Shown here piece after piece: positions 38,760 to 48,014 of a stretch of 64,000 bases of DNA (position 1 is the first letter of the stretch; each line of letters starts with the position of its first letter). The translations under genes were made by a program, and so were the position numbers. Under the pieces are notes generated by a model that was given only the letters and a program-made list of their open reading frames with translations, did not search any database and was not told the origin of the DNA. Source of the DNA: Candidatus Fervidifonticultor sextus (GTDB lineage: Bacteria > Sysuimicrobiota > Sysuimicrobiia > Sysuimicrobiales > Humicultoraceae); NCBI GenBank assembly GCA_031459875.1, contig JAVKHQ010000010.1:12352-76351 (forward strand), given 5' to 3'.

Positions 38760-39428
38760 TCAGCTCTCCGGAGGGCTCCCTGGTGGGTAGGCCCGTCCGT
38801 CGATCACCAGCCAGACCCCTGCGGTGGCGGCTTCCCGGCTGGCATCGGCCGTAGCGCGCTCCCCGGCCACCGCCGCCAGCGCCGGCATGGCGGCGATTCG
38901 CTGGAGCAGCCGTGCCCGGCGAGCCGCCCGTTTCACGTCGTGTGCGTCCACCACCGCGGAGACCTCGGCGACGAGGTAGCACTCTTCGTCGCCATCGCGG
39001 CGCCGCCCGCGGATGACCAGGTCGGCCTGCAAGAGATCCGCGTGCTCGTCCAGCGCAAGAAGGGCGCGCCCCTCGGCGTCCTCGGCCATCGCGGCCAGCT
39101 CCGCCCGGGGCACCAGGTGGATCGCCCGCAGGATCCTCAGGAAATAGGCGTGCGCCTTCTCCCGATAGTCGAGCTCGAGCACCCTGCCGCGCACGTCTCC
39201 CACGATGCCTGCAAGACGGGACACCTGGACCACCAGTTCGCTCAATTGCGCGGCCAGGGTGTCCACCCGCGCGGCCAACGCGTCCACCCGCGCGGTCAGT
39301 GCCTCCAGCCGCTGCTCCGTCCGCCGCTGGGCCTCGGCCAGCGCGCGCAGCTCTGCTTGCGTCTCGGCCTGGGCCTCAGCCAGCCGCTGGAGAGCTACCT
39401 CGAGCCTGTCCACGCGCGCTTCCAGCAC
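38760..39428 (-). CDS. Coiled-coil protein with a C-terminal PD-(D/E)XK-like domain
   Basis: LAEAQRRTEQRL heptads, then E...ADLVIRG...LVAEVS..VDAHDVKRA; RBS GAGGGAG before the GTG. Confidence 0.75.
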   Translation of the reverse strand: MLEARVDRLEVALQRLAEAQAETQAELRALAEAQRRTEQRLEALTARVDALAARVDTLAAQLSELVVQVSRLAGIVGDVRGRVLELDYREKAHAYFLRILRAIHLVPRAELAAMAEDAEGRALLALDEHADLLQADLVIRGRRRDGDEECYLVAEVSAVVDAHDVKRAARRARLLQRIAAMPALAAVAGERATADASREAATAGVWLVIDGRAYPPGSPPES

Positions 39429-39549
39429 ATCCGCTCCCTCTAATCTATCGTCGATGCTAGCACAGTTACTCGGGGGGCTCAAACTCCTTGATCGAAGCGA
39501 GTTCCAGAAGACTCGCAGGGGCCTCTCGGGCAGGAAGCACCTTTGCCCG

Positions 39550-39961
39550 CAAGGGCGGCGCCTGGCAGCTCGTGGCCATCGAGTGGGTGTTCCCGAGTCG
39601 CCCCGCGACCCCGCCGCTGCAGGGCGCGGAGTACGCCTCGTTTGGTGCAGCGTGCCACTACGCCGACGGCTCGTTCATCGAAACCGCTGCGGAGGCCAGG
39701 TGCGGGAGGACCAACCCGCAGACCGGGGCTGCGTTCGGCTTCTGGCACGGCCCGCTGGTGACCCTGCACCTGTGGATCTGGTACCCGAACCCCAACGGCA
39801 TCTTCGGAGAGTTCAACCCGTTGCTGACGCCGTTCAACAACGAGTAGATGCGCTGGATGATGCTCGTGCTCGCCTCGGCGTTGGCCGCCTGGTCCCCTCA
39901 GCCGGCCGATGCCGGGGCGGCTCGCGCTGTCCTGAGGGCACCGACCTGCACAGACGCCTGA
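39550..39961 (+). pseudogene. 5'-truncated hypothetical gene followed by a signal-peptide-only stub
   Basis: WQLVAIEW...TLHLWIWYPNPNGIFGEFNP* has no convincing start; next ORF MRWMMLVLASALAAW...PADA stops after 37 aa. Confidence 0.5.
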
Positions 39962-40189
39962 TGAAGGCGTCAGGTGGTGAGGGACGCGACGACGCGGTCG
40001 CCGAAGGCCGCGGTGGAGAGGGCCGGCAGGCCCGCCCGCGAGGTCAGGCGTCCGTCCCCCGGCCGCGGTGACGCGCTCCCCGGCTGTCAGCGCCAGTGGT
40101 AAACTCCTCATAACGCCGAAGTAAGAGTCCTCACCTCAACAGAATCAGGGTCACCAAATCCGTGGCTTGGAGGAGGTGCCCCGACTGCT

Positions 40190-40420
40190 GCGAGGGGTCC
40201 GAGGGCCAGTCAAAATTCCATGAGCAGCCCCAGTCATCACTGCGCCACCAGTCTGTCGTTCCCCTTCATCATGCTGCGCTGCAACGCCGTGCGCAGTTGC
40301 GGCAGCGCACAGTAGCCGCGCAGCCGCGTACGTCGGCTGCCGATAGGCGTCGTGTAGCTTGGCCCGCCAGGTGGCCCGAAGATGGTTAACGAGGTAGGCG
40401 ACCACATTCTCCTGTCCGCC
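40190..40420 (-). mobile_element. IS256-family transposase remnant
   Basis: ENVVAYL...WRAKLHDAYRQPTYAAA joined across a deletion/frameshift to the C-terminal RLRGYCALPQLRTALQ. Confidence 0.65.
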
Positions 40421-40513
40421 AGGCTCCGTCCACAGATCTCTCGCGCCGCCATCCACAAAGCGCAGGAGGCGGGGTCACCCCCGCCTCCCCTCGAGCCTCC
40501 CACGGGAAAGAGC

Positions 40514-41968
40514 CTACGCGTCGTAGTACAGGTAGAACTCGGACGGATGCGGCCGCAGCCGGATGAAGTCCACGTCCTTCTTGCGCTTCGTCTCGATGTA
40601 GGTCTCGATGAGATCCTCGGTGAAGACACCGCCTTCCAGCAGGAAGCCGTGGTCCTTCTCCAGCGCGGCGAGCGCCGCGTCCAGCGATCCCGGGACCTGC
40701 TTCACCTTCGCCGCCTTGGACGGCGGCAGCTCGTAGAGGTCCACGTCCATCGGCTCGCCGGGGTCGATCCGGTTCTTGATTCCGTCCAGCCCCGCCATGG
40801 TCATGGCCGCAAACGCGAGATACGGGTTGCAGGTCGGGTCCGGCGGTCGGTACTCGATCCGCACCGCCTTCGGGTTGGACGAGTAGACGGGGATGCGCAC
40901 CGCCGCGCTGCGGTTCCGCTTGGAGTAGACCAGGTTGACCGGCGCCTCGAACCCCGGCACCAGCCGGCGGTAGGAGTTGGTCGTCGGCGCGCACAGCGCC
41001 AGCAGCGCCGGGGAATGCCGGAGCAGCCCGCCGATGTACCAGCGCGCGATCTCGCTGGTGTTCGCGTAGCCGTTCGGATCGTAGAAGATGTTCCGGCCGT
41101 CCTTCCACAGGCTCTGGTGCGTGTGCATCCCCGACCCGTTGTCGCCAAAGAGCGGCTTGGGCATGAACGTCGCCGTCTTGAAGTGCGAGCGGGCCAGCAT
41201 CTTGACCAGGTACTTGTAGAGCTGCATCTGGTCGGCCATGCGGGTCAGGCCCTTGTAGCGCATGTCGATCTCGCACTGCCCGGCCGTGGCGACCTCGTGG
41301 TGGTGCACCTCGACCTCGATGCCGGCCTCCTGCATCTTGAGCACGAGTTCGCTGCGGAAGTCCTGCAGGCTGTCCGAGGGCGGGACCGGGAAGTACCCTT
41401 CCTTGTAGCGCGGCTTGTAGGCCAGGTTGGGCTTCTCTTCGCGGCCGGAGTTCCAGGCCCCCTCGTTGCTGTCCACGAAGTAGAAGGCCGCGTTGGTGGT
41501 CTGGTCGAAGCGGACGTCGTCGAAGACGAAGAACTCGGCCTCAGGCCCGAAGTACGCATCGGTGGCGATCCCGGACGCCTTGATGTACTCCTCCGCCTTC
41601 TGGGCCACGTAGCGCGGGTCGCGGGTGTAGCGACCGCGCGTGACGGGGTCGTACACGTCGCACGTCAGGAGCATGGTGGTCACGCGGCTGAGGGGGTCGA
41701 TGACCGCGCTGCCCGGATCCGCCAGCAGGATCATGTCGCTCTCGTGGATGTGCTGGAAGCCGCGGATGCTGCTGCCGTCGAAGCCGATCCCCTCCTCGAA
41801 GAGGTCGGGGGTGAGCTCCCTGACCGGAATCGAGAAGTGCTGCCACATCCCGAAGAGATCGGTGAAGCGCAGATCGACGATCTGCACCCCCAGCTCCCGC
41901 GCCATCTCCATCACCTTCGTCGGGCTGGCGGCGACACCGGCGGAAGGACGATCACCGACTATGGCCAT
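40514..41968 (-). CDS. glnA: Type I glutamine synthetase (GSI-beta)
   Basis: FDGSSI, HHEVA, FMPKPLFGDNGSGMH, RLVPGFEAP, NRSA; adenylylation-site-like DLYELPP. Confidence 0.97.
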   Translation of the reverse strand: MAIVGDRPSAGVAASPTKVMEMARELGVQIVDLRFTDLFGMWQHFSIPVRELTPDLFEEGIGFDGSSIRGFQHIHESDMILLADPGSAVIDPLSRVTTMLLTCDVYDPVTRGRYTRDPRYVAQKAEEYIKASGIATDAYFGPEAEFFVFDDVRFDQTTNAAFYFVDSNEGAWNSGREEKPNLAYKPRYKEGYFPVPPSDSLQDFRSELVLKMQEAGIEVEVHHHEVATAGQCEIDMRYKGLTRMADQMQLYKYLVKMLARSHFKTATFMPKPLFGDNGSGMHTHQSLWKDGRNIFYDPNGYANTSEIARWYIGGLLRHSPALLALCAPTTNSYRRLVPGFEAPVNLVYSKRNRSAAVRIPVYSSNPKAVRIEYRPPDPTCNPYLAFAAMTMAGLDGIKNRIDPGEPMDVDLYELPPSKAAKVKQVPGSLDAALAALEKDHGFLLEGGVFTEDLIETYIETKRKKDVDFIRLRPHPSEFYLYYDA

Positions 41969-42007
41969 GCCTCTTCCCTCCCTACTCCCCGCCACAGGGG
42001 CGGGGTG

Positions 42008-42042
42008 AAAATAGACACGGCGCCCCTCGCAGGGGCGCCGTG
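42008..42042 (-). terminator. Terminator-like hairpin in the glnA leader
   Basis: 12-bp stem CACGGCGCCCCT/AGGGGCGCCGTG followed by TCTATTTT, between promoter and RBS. Confidence 0.55.
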
Positions 42043-42072
42043 GCCCAACCGCGGTTCTATGCGCTTGGCCGT

Positions 42073-42101
42073 ACTATAGCAGGCTGACCTGTAGCCGTCA
42101 A
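42073..42101 (-). promoter_or_regulatory. glnA sigma70-type promoter
   Basis: TTGACG-N17-TATAGT with extended TG. Confidence 0.7.
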
Positions 42102-42108
42102 CGGGCCT

Positions 42109-42146
42109 GGGGTCTTGGGGTCTTGGGGGTCTTGGGTCTTCGGGTC
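42109..42146 (+). repeat. Imperfect (GGGGTCTT)n tandem repeat
   Basis: GGGG-TCTT-GGGG-TCTT-GGGGG-TCTT-GGG-TCTT-CGGGTC. Confidence 0.85.
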
Positions 42147-42185
42147 GGCGGGGGTCCGGCGGGAGACTTCGCCCCGGGTCGCCCC

Positions 42186-42683
42186 TCAAACGTCGCCGGG
42201 AGCGGCCCGCCGGATCCACGGGACCCGGTCGAACGCGCTGTCAGCAGAGGCCAGCAGCGTGATGTCCCCTGCTTGCATGTAGAGGGGGATGAGCGAATCG
42301 TTGACGAGGAGCCCGTAGACCTGTCGGTACTCCTGGCTCTTTGCAAGGAAATCACCAGGGAGCACCAGCGTCCCGACCCCCATCTGGGGGATCTTCATGG
42401 TGGAGAAGTGGTATTTGAACAGCCGCTTGACGAGAGCGGGGCGCCGGGCCAGATGGGCGGCAGGGTTGCGCGCGGGCTGCAACCCGCGCTCCAAGGCTTC
42501 GAGCAGCATGAGGCGATGCGCGACTTCCTGGAGAATCGTTTGCCCGGTCGAAGCCTGGAGGTCGCCGCTCTCCACCCGACTGAGGAACGCGGTGCACTCC
42601 TCGGATTGCCCGGCGAAGTGATAGATGAAGATGTTGGCATCGACAAACACGGGGCCCGGCCGGGGGATCTCAGTCAGTCTCAT
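42186..42683 (-). CDS. vapC: PIN-domain toxin
   Basis: VFVDANIFIYH, EVAHR, LLVNDS, ASADSAF. Confidence 0.9.
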   Translation of the reverse strand: MRLTEIPRPGPVFVDANIFIYHFAGQSEECTAFLSRVESGDLQASTGQTILQEVAHRLMLLEALERGLQPARNPAAHLARRPALVKRLFKYHFSTMKIPQMGVGTLVLPGDFLAKSQEYRQVYGLLVNDSLIPLYMQAGDITLLASADSAFDRVPWIRRAAPGDV

Positions 42684-42900
42684 AGAGATCCTCTTCCAGG
42701 ACTGTGCGCAGCGTCTTGGCGGATGCGCGGAACGTCCCCCGGGTTTCCTTCACCACGGAAGCACCTGACAGCCGGCCAGCCAGGAACCGTTCCAGCGCTT
42801 CAGCGATGACCTCATTCAGGCTGCGGCCTTCCAGACGTGCCAGGGCCTTGGCCTTCAAGTAGAGGCCTTCGTCGAGGGTCGTGCCCACTTTCCGCTTCAC
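42670..42900 (-). CDS. RHH antitoxin
   Basis: KVGTTLDEGLY...GRSLNEVIAEALERF; overlaps the PIN gene. Confidence 0.85.
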   Translation of the reverse strand: MKRKVGTTLDEGLYLKAKALARLEGRSLNEVIAEALERFLAGRLSGASVVKETRGTFRASAKTLRTVLEEDLYETD

Positions 42901-42920
42901 CGAGAGGTCCCTCCTGTCCG

Positions 42921-42973
42921 ATCCTAGGCGCCCGGAGCCTAGCCGTCAAGATGACTGTCTAGATTTCTAGACA
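42921..42973 (-). promoter_or_regulatory. Toxin-antitoxin promoter with upstream palindrome
   Basis: TTGACG-N17-TAGGAT; perfect inverted repeat TGTCTAGA-NN-TCTAGACA at 42956-42973. Confidence 0.65.
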
Positions 42974-42975
42974 CT

Positions 42976-45522
42976 CTACCTGAGAGCCGCAAGTTCGCGG
43001 GGCTCGACCTTGCGGTACACTTCCTGGGGCGAACGCCGCCGCCCACCCACCGTCAGCAGCGCCTGCACCGGAATCCCGAACAGCCGCTCGTTCTCCTCGA
43101 GGTAGGGGAGGATCGTCGCCCAGTCTTCGTCCGTCAGGTCGGCGTAGCGCCCGCCGTTGAGTTGGGAGTCCTCCAGGCGGCGGTGGGGATCCCGTGCAAA
43201 GATCGCCCCGCCCGAGGCCAGCGAGAACAGGTTGCCGCCAGGGTAGGGCGTCTCCAGGTCGACCATCCGGCCCTCGGCGTCAAAGGTGATGCCGTTGAGG
43301 ATCACGAAGCCCCCGCCCTGGGTGGGGACGCCCGCCATGAAGGACTCCGCCAGGTAGTCCAGCGCCGTACCGTTGATCACCACCCGCGGCCGGCCCACCG
43401 CGTTGATGAGCGGCCGCCCCGCGGCGTTGCCCAGCACGAAGACGTCGCCCCCCTTGGCGCCGTAGAGGAAGGTCTGCCCGACGTCCCCGTGGATCACCAG
43501 GCGGCCGCTCTTGAGGATCTGCCCGTACTGGTCCTGGCCGCTGCCGTGCACGACCACGGTCATCCCGTCGAGGCCCGACCCGAGATAGTCGCCCGGACTG
43601 CCGTAGACATCCAGCCGCACCCCCTCGGTCCGCGGACCGAAGCCGCACCCGATGAACCGCTGCCCCCGCACGTCGAAGACGGTCATGCGGCGCCAGCCGC
43701 GCCGGAAGGCTTCGACCAAGTGCAGCGCCAGGCTCTGGGCGCCCTCGGACGGGAAGCCCACCCCGTCGACCAACAACAGGGCGCCGGGATCCCCTGCCGG
43801 GAGCCTGCCACGTGAGGTCCAGTCAATTCGCCGGACACCGGTCCACTTCGACGGCACCGACCGGAAGATGGCGAAGAGGCGCTCCTGGAGGAGGGCTGTG
43901 ACCGAGGCGCGCCGCTTGCGGCCCGTCGGGTAGCGGGCGTCCAGCAACGCGGTGAGGGTCTCTGCGGCCCGGCAGAACAGTTCCGGCCCGGACGCGGCGG
44001 CGCGCTCCACCGCGTCGAGCCAGCCGGTCAGATCCTCATAAGTCCAGGCAGCGAGCTGCCGGCGGGCGGCATCGGCATCGAGCACTTCCCCGGCTCCCTC
44101 GGCCGGCCGCACCGGGACGGCTGCGGGGACCGGGCGCAGGGTGACCGGAATCGAGCGCAGGTAGTGGACCTGATCCGGCGGGACCCGCACCTGCTGGCCG
44201 AACTTGTTCGTGCAGACCAGACGCGCCGCCGCGCCGGTCGCCTCGACCGTGTAGATGAAGGCGCCGCCGTCCGTGTACGACCCGCCCCGCGCATTCCAGT
44301 AGCGGTCGGCCACCGGGCAGATGCGCGGGTCGTCGCGCGCCAGACTGCGCAGGGCGGCATCGATGGCCTGTTTTTCCGACGCGATGATCCCGATCTGGAC
44401 CTCCCCCTCCTGGAGGCTGAAGACCTGAGGGCGCAGCATCGAGGTATCGGTGATCCCGATCAGCTGCCAGGCCTCCCCGCCCCGCAGGGTTCGGGCGACG
44501 ATGAAGAACCACGGGCCGTCGGGCGACCCGTGGATGTGGGCGGCCTGGATCGCGCGGTAGAGGCGCTGCTTCTCCGGCGGCAGCATCCGGAAGTCGCGCT
44601 CGGTGGTCGGCGCCATCGCCTCCAGCAGGACCTCCAGCGGATACCGGTACGTCCGGGCCCACAGGTCGAACAGCAGCACCGCCACCTCGGTGTCGGTCAG
44701 GAAGAGGGGAAAGAGCCCGCGCTGGGCCAGGTACTCGCAGACGGCGTGGTAGTTGGCGAAGTCGCCGTTGTGGACCAGGGCGACGTCGAGGGCCGCAAAA
44801 GGATGCGCGCCGCCGGGGTGCCAGACCCGCCCCTTGGTGGGATACCGCTGGTGCCCGATCCAGACGCGGGCCGCCATCTCCTCCATCCGGTAGTACCGGA
44901 ACGCCTGCTCGGCGTAGCCCACGATCTTGAGGACCAGCATATCCCGACCGTAGGACATGACGAAGGCGCGCATGCGGCCGTCTGCGTACAATGCCCGGTT
45001 GAGGCGGAAGGCCCACTGGCTGAGGAACTCGTCCTCGGCGTCTTGCGCTTCGAGGTCGCCCAGCCCGCGCTCGCGGACGAACCGCTCGAGGACATCGGGC
45101 CGCACCCGGGCGAAGAAGCGCCAGACCTCGGGCGGGCGGACCTCCAGGCCCAGGTCGCGGTGATCGTCGACCGTGGGGATCCGGTAGCCCTGGACGACCT
45201 CCAGGTCGCCGAGGAACTGCGTCTCGACGTCGGCGCGCGCCGAGGTGTCGAGGAGCGCCACCTGGATCAGGTAGGCGCCCGCGAGGGTGGCCCGGTCCAC
45301 GCCCAGCTGCTCGGGGAGGAGGCCGCAGGCCGCCAGGCCGCCCCCCTTGCCGTTGCCCCGGTTGTGCATCTGCATGCAGGGCAGCAGGATGTGCGCACCG
45401 GCGACCGGCACCGAGGCGGCCAGACCGACGACGCCGCAGCCGCCCTCGGCTTCCGCAGGGCGCACGGGGAGCGCCGACGCCCCCAGCGCCCGCCGCGCGC
45501 GGACCAGCGCCCCGATCCTCAC
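42976..45522 (-). CDS. Glutamate synthase-like protein: class II glutamine amidotransferase fused to a GXGXG domain
   Basis: EGGCGVVG (Ntn Cys), HNRGNG, HQRYPT, AHPF, VHNGD, TDTE, DGPW; C-terminal GQRFIG, GDYLGSG, GDVGQTF, ASGG. Confidence 0.88.
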   Translation of the reverse strand: MRIGALVRARRALGASALPVRPAEAEGGCGVVGLAASVPVAGAHILLPCMQMHNRGNGKGGGLAACGLLPEQLGVDRATLAGAYLIQVALLDTSARADVETQFLGDLEVVQGYRIPTVDDHRDLGLEVRPPEVWRFFARVRPDVLERFVRERGLGDLEAQDAEDEFLSQWAFRLNRALYADGRMRAFVMSYGRDMLVLKIVGYAEQAFRYYRMEEMAARVWIGHQRYPTKGRVWHPGGAHPFAALDVALVHNGDFANYHAVCEYLAQRGLFPLFLTDTEVAVLLFDLWARTYRYPLEVLLEAMAPTTERDFRMLPPEKQRLYRAIQAAHIHGSPDGPWFFIVARTLRGGEAWQLIGITDTSMLRPQVFSLQEGEVQIGIIASEKQAIDAALRSLARDDPRICPVADRYWNARGGSYTDGGAFIYTVEATGAAARLVCTNKFGQQVRVPPDQVHYLRSIPVTLRPVPAAVPVRPAEGAGEVLDADAARRQLAAWTYEDLTGWLDAVERAAASGPELFCRAAETLTALLDARYPTGRKRRASVTALLQERLFAIFRSVPSKWTGVRRIDWTSRGRLPAGDPGALLLVDGVGFPSEGAQSLALHLVEAFRRGWRRMTVFDVRGQRFIGCGFGPRTEGVRLDVYGSPGDYLGSGLDGMTVVVHGSGQDQYGQILKSGRLVIHGDVGQTFLYGAKGGDVFVLGNAAGRPLINAVGRPRVVINGTALDYLAESFMAGVPTQGGGFVILNGITFDAEGRMVDLETPYPGGNLFSLASGGAIFARDPHRRLEDSQLNGGRYADLTDEDWATILPYLEENERLFGIPVQALLTVGGRRRSPQEVYRKVEPRELAALR

Positions 45523-48014
45523 CCGAGCGCCCTCCCCCCGCCGGCCACGTAGCGCAGCAGGTCGGTCCGGCCCCGCAGGTCGGCGATCGAGCGCAGCCCG
45601 AGGCGGCTCGTGATCTCCCGCAGGACGACCATCCAGGCCCGGTAGAGGTTGGCGATGCGCCTGGTGCCCCAATCGGGGTCAATCAACCTGCTGAGGTCGG
45701 GGTCGGTGGTGGTGATCCCAAACGGACAGCCCCTGCCCTTCTCGCAGTCGGCCAGCCGCGTGCAGCCCAGGGCCACCAGGTCGGCCATCCCGACGACCAC
45801 GCCGTCGGCGCCCAACGCGATCGCCTTGGCCGCATCATAGGGTGTCCGGATCCCCCCGCTGGCGATCAGCACGATCTCGTCGCGGATGCCCTCCTGCACC
45901 AGGAACCGGTGCACCTTGGGGATGGCGTACTCGATGGGCATGGCGATGTTCTTCTTGGCGATCTCCGGTGCCGCCCCGGTGCCGCCGTAGCCGCCGTCCA
46001 GATGGACGATGTGCGCGCCGGCATGGTAGATGCCGACGGCGACCATGTCCACATCCGTCGGGGTCGAGACCTTGACCGACACCAAAGCACGCGGGTTGAC
46101 CGTCCGGATCCAGTCCACGTGCTTCTTGTGGTCCTCGACCGAGTAGACGCTGTGGAACGGGAACGGCGAGTAGAGGCTGATCCAGGCCACCGATTCCCGC
46201 ATCGAGGCCACGGCCTCGGTCACCTTGCCGCCGAGCAGGTGGCCGCCCAGACCGGGTTTGGCGCCCTGGGCGTACTTGAACTCCACGAAGCGGGCGCGCT
46301 GGATGGTCTCCTCGCGGACGCCGAACAGCCCGGTCGCGACCTGCGTGATGATGTGGTCCGCCCACGGGATCAGCTCGTCGGGGTAGCCGCCCTCACCGGT
46401 CGAGGTGAAGGTGCCGATCTCGGCGGCGGCGCGCGCGCGGGCCAGCATGGTCTGCAGGCTCACCGAACCGAACGACATCCCGCCCCCGTAGACAGGCAGG
46501 GGAATCGCAATCTCCGGGCCGAATCCGCGGCGGTTGAGGTGGAGCGAGATGTCCACCTGGTCGGCTCCGACCCTCTCCGGAGGCTCCCAGGCGGGGTCGA
46601 CCTCGAAGACGAACCGCAGCACGTCGAAGCCGCCGCCGGAGCGGCCGATGGCGTAGTCGCCATGCGCGGGGGGCCGGCCGGTCTCCGCCATCGTCCAGGT
46701 CGCCTGCAGCACCTCGGGCGTCCAGCGCAGGTCGCCCAGGACCGGCGCCTCGCCGACCACGGGCCCGTCGGACGCGCCGTTTGGATGGACTGCCGGGAAC
46801 AACGCCCGGAACTGCGCCTCCTCGGCCGCATGGAAGATGACCCGTCCCACCTCGCCGCGCAGCCGCCGGACCTCGCGCATCCCCATGGCGCCCAGACACT
46901 CCAGCAGCTGGTCCCGCCAGGCGGCCATCAGGTTGACGAGGCGCCGGGCGCCCCACGCCGGGTCGAACTCGCCGGCCTCGGCGCCGCAGTGACTGCGGTC
47001 GGCCCACAGCGCGCACCCCAGGGCGACCGGCAGCGTGAAGTCCACCGCCACCAGGTCGGCGCCGCAGGCAATCGCCTTGGGGACGTGCTCGGCGGAAGCA
47101 ATGCCGCCGCTGACGATGAGGGTGACGCGGTCGCGGATCGCGTCTTCGACAAGGCGCCCGTGGACGGCGCGGAGCACGTCGGCGACGAAGCCGGCGGGGG
47201 TCTGCCCGTACTCGTCGGCGTAGAGGTGCAGGACCGCGGCCCCCCGGCCCACCAGGTGGGCCGCCAGCGCCGGCGTCTGCGGGCCCAGGGGCAGGTGGAA
47301 ACCGACCACAGCGCTGGGGCGCTCCTCGGCGACGCGGGCGGCCGCCTGCAGGAGTCCGTCGGCAGCCTGCGACTCTTCGCCCTCCAGTTCCAGGTAGGGG
47401 ACGCGCATCCACAGACTGCGCAGCGCCTCCAGCCGGCCCACCGGGATGCGCAGGGCCAGGGCCTTTGCATGGGGGTCCAGGTCTGGCTGCCACTGGTCCG
47501 GCTCGACGAGGGCCAGGGTGCCCAGATCCCGCGCGGCCATCGCCACGGCGAGCACGGGGTTCCGGTTGGGCGAAGGCAGCGGGTAGGGGTTGAAGATCAC
47601 AGGGATGGGCAGTTCGAGCAGACCGAGAGGCCCGGACGGCTGGTCCGCCACCACCTCGGGCGGCCGCCCCAGATCCACAGAGGTCGAGATGTACTCGCGG
47701 CCGTGGATGCCGTCACGGGTGGGGCGCACGATCTCCGACATGTCCAGCCACAGGCCGTCGAACCCGGGGCCGGCAAACGGCCCGCCGTACCCGGCGCCCG
47801 AGATGGGAATCTTCCCGCGCTCCGCCATGTACCAGGTCTGGGTGATGATCTCCGGTGTCCAGTAGGGATCGACCGTGCCGCCGGTCTCGAAAGGCGCGTG
47901 GCCGTACTTGACGTACTCGTCCTGCTCCGCGAGGCGGAAGCGCGCCGGGGGCGCGAAGGGGGTCGGGGCGGCGCGGGTCTCGATGTGGTATCGAGTGCCG
48001 GCCAGGGTCTTCAC
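45519..48014 (-). CDS. Glutamate synthase-related protein with two tandem FMN-binding domains
   Basis: C-terminal half has GGMSFG, TGEGG, QVATGLFGV, KYAQGAKPGLGG, GGTGAAP, SGGI, CX5CX5CP; N-terminal half repeats the same scaffold. Confidence 0.88.
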   Translation of the reverse strand: MKTLAGTRYHIETRAAPTPFAPPARFRLAEQDEYVKYGHAPFETGGTVDPYWTPEIITQTWYMAERGKIPISGAGYGGPFAGPGFDGLWLDMSEIVRPTRDGIHGREYISTSVDLGRPPEVVADQPSGPLGLLELPIPVIFNPYPLPSPNRNPVLAVAMAARDLGTLALVEPDQWQPDLDPHAKALALRIPVGRLEALRSLWMRVPYLELEGEESQAADGLLQAAARVAEERPSAVVGFHLPLGPQTPALAAHLVGRGAAVLHLYADEYGQTPAGFVADVLRAVHGRLVEDAIRDRVTLIVSGGIASAEHVPKAIACGADLVAVDFTLPVALGCALWADRSHCGAEAGEFDPAWGARRLVNLMAAWRDQLLECLGAMGMREVRRLRGEVGRVIFHAAEEAQFRALFPAVHPNGASDGPVVGEAPVLGDLRWTPEVLQATWTMAETGRPPAHGDYAIGRSGGGFDVLRFVFEVDPAWEPPERVGADQVDISLHLNRRGFGPEIAIPLPVYGGGMSFGSVSLQTMLARARAAAEIGTFTSTGEGGYPDELIPWADHIITQVATGLFGVREETIQRARFVEFKYAQGAKPGLGGHLLGGKVTEAVASMRESVAWISLYSPFPFHSVYSVEDHKKHVDWIRTVNPRALVSVKVSTPTDVDMVAVGIYHAGAHIVHLDGGYGGTGAAPEIAKKNIAMPIEYAIPKVHRFLVQEGIRDEIVLIASGGIRTPYDAAKAIALGADGVVVGMADLVALGCTRLADCEKGRGCPFGITTTDPDLSRLIDPDWGTRRIANLYRAWMVVLREITSRLGLRSIADLRGRTDLLRYVAGGGRALG

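Noticed and set aside
42976-48014. N-methylglutamate synthase (mgsABC) with gmaS
   Set aside because: The adjacent GS has canonical GSI-beta motifs, the domain layout differs from three-gene mgsABC, and no mgd genes are seen; not fully excluded
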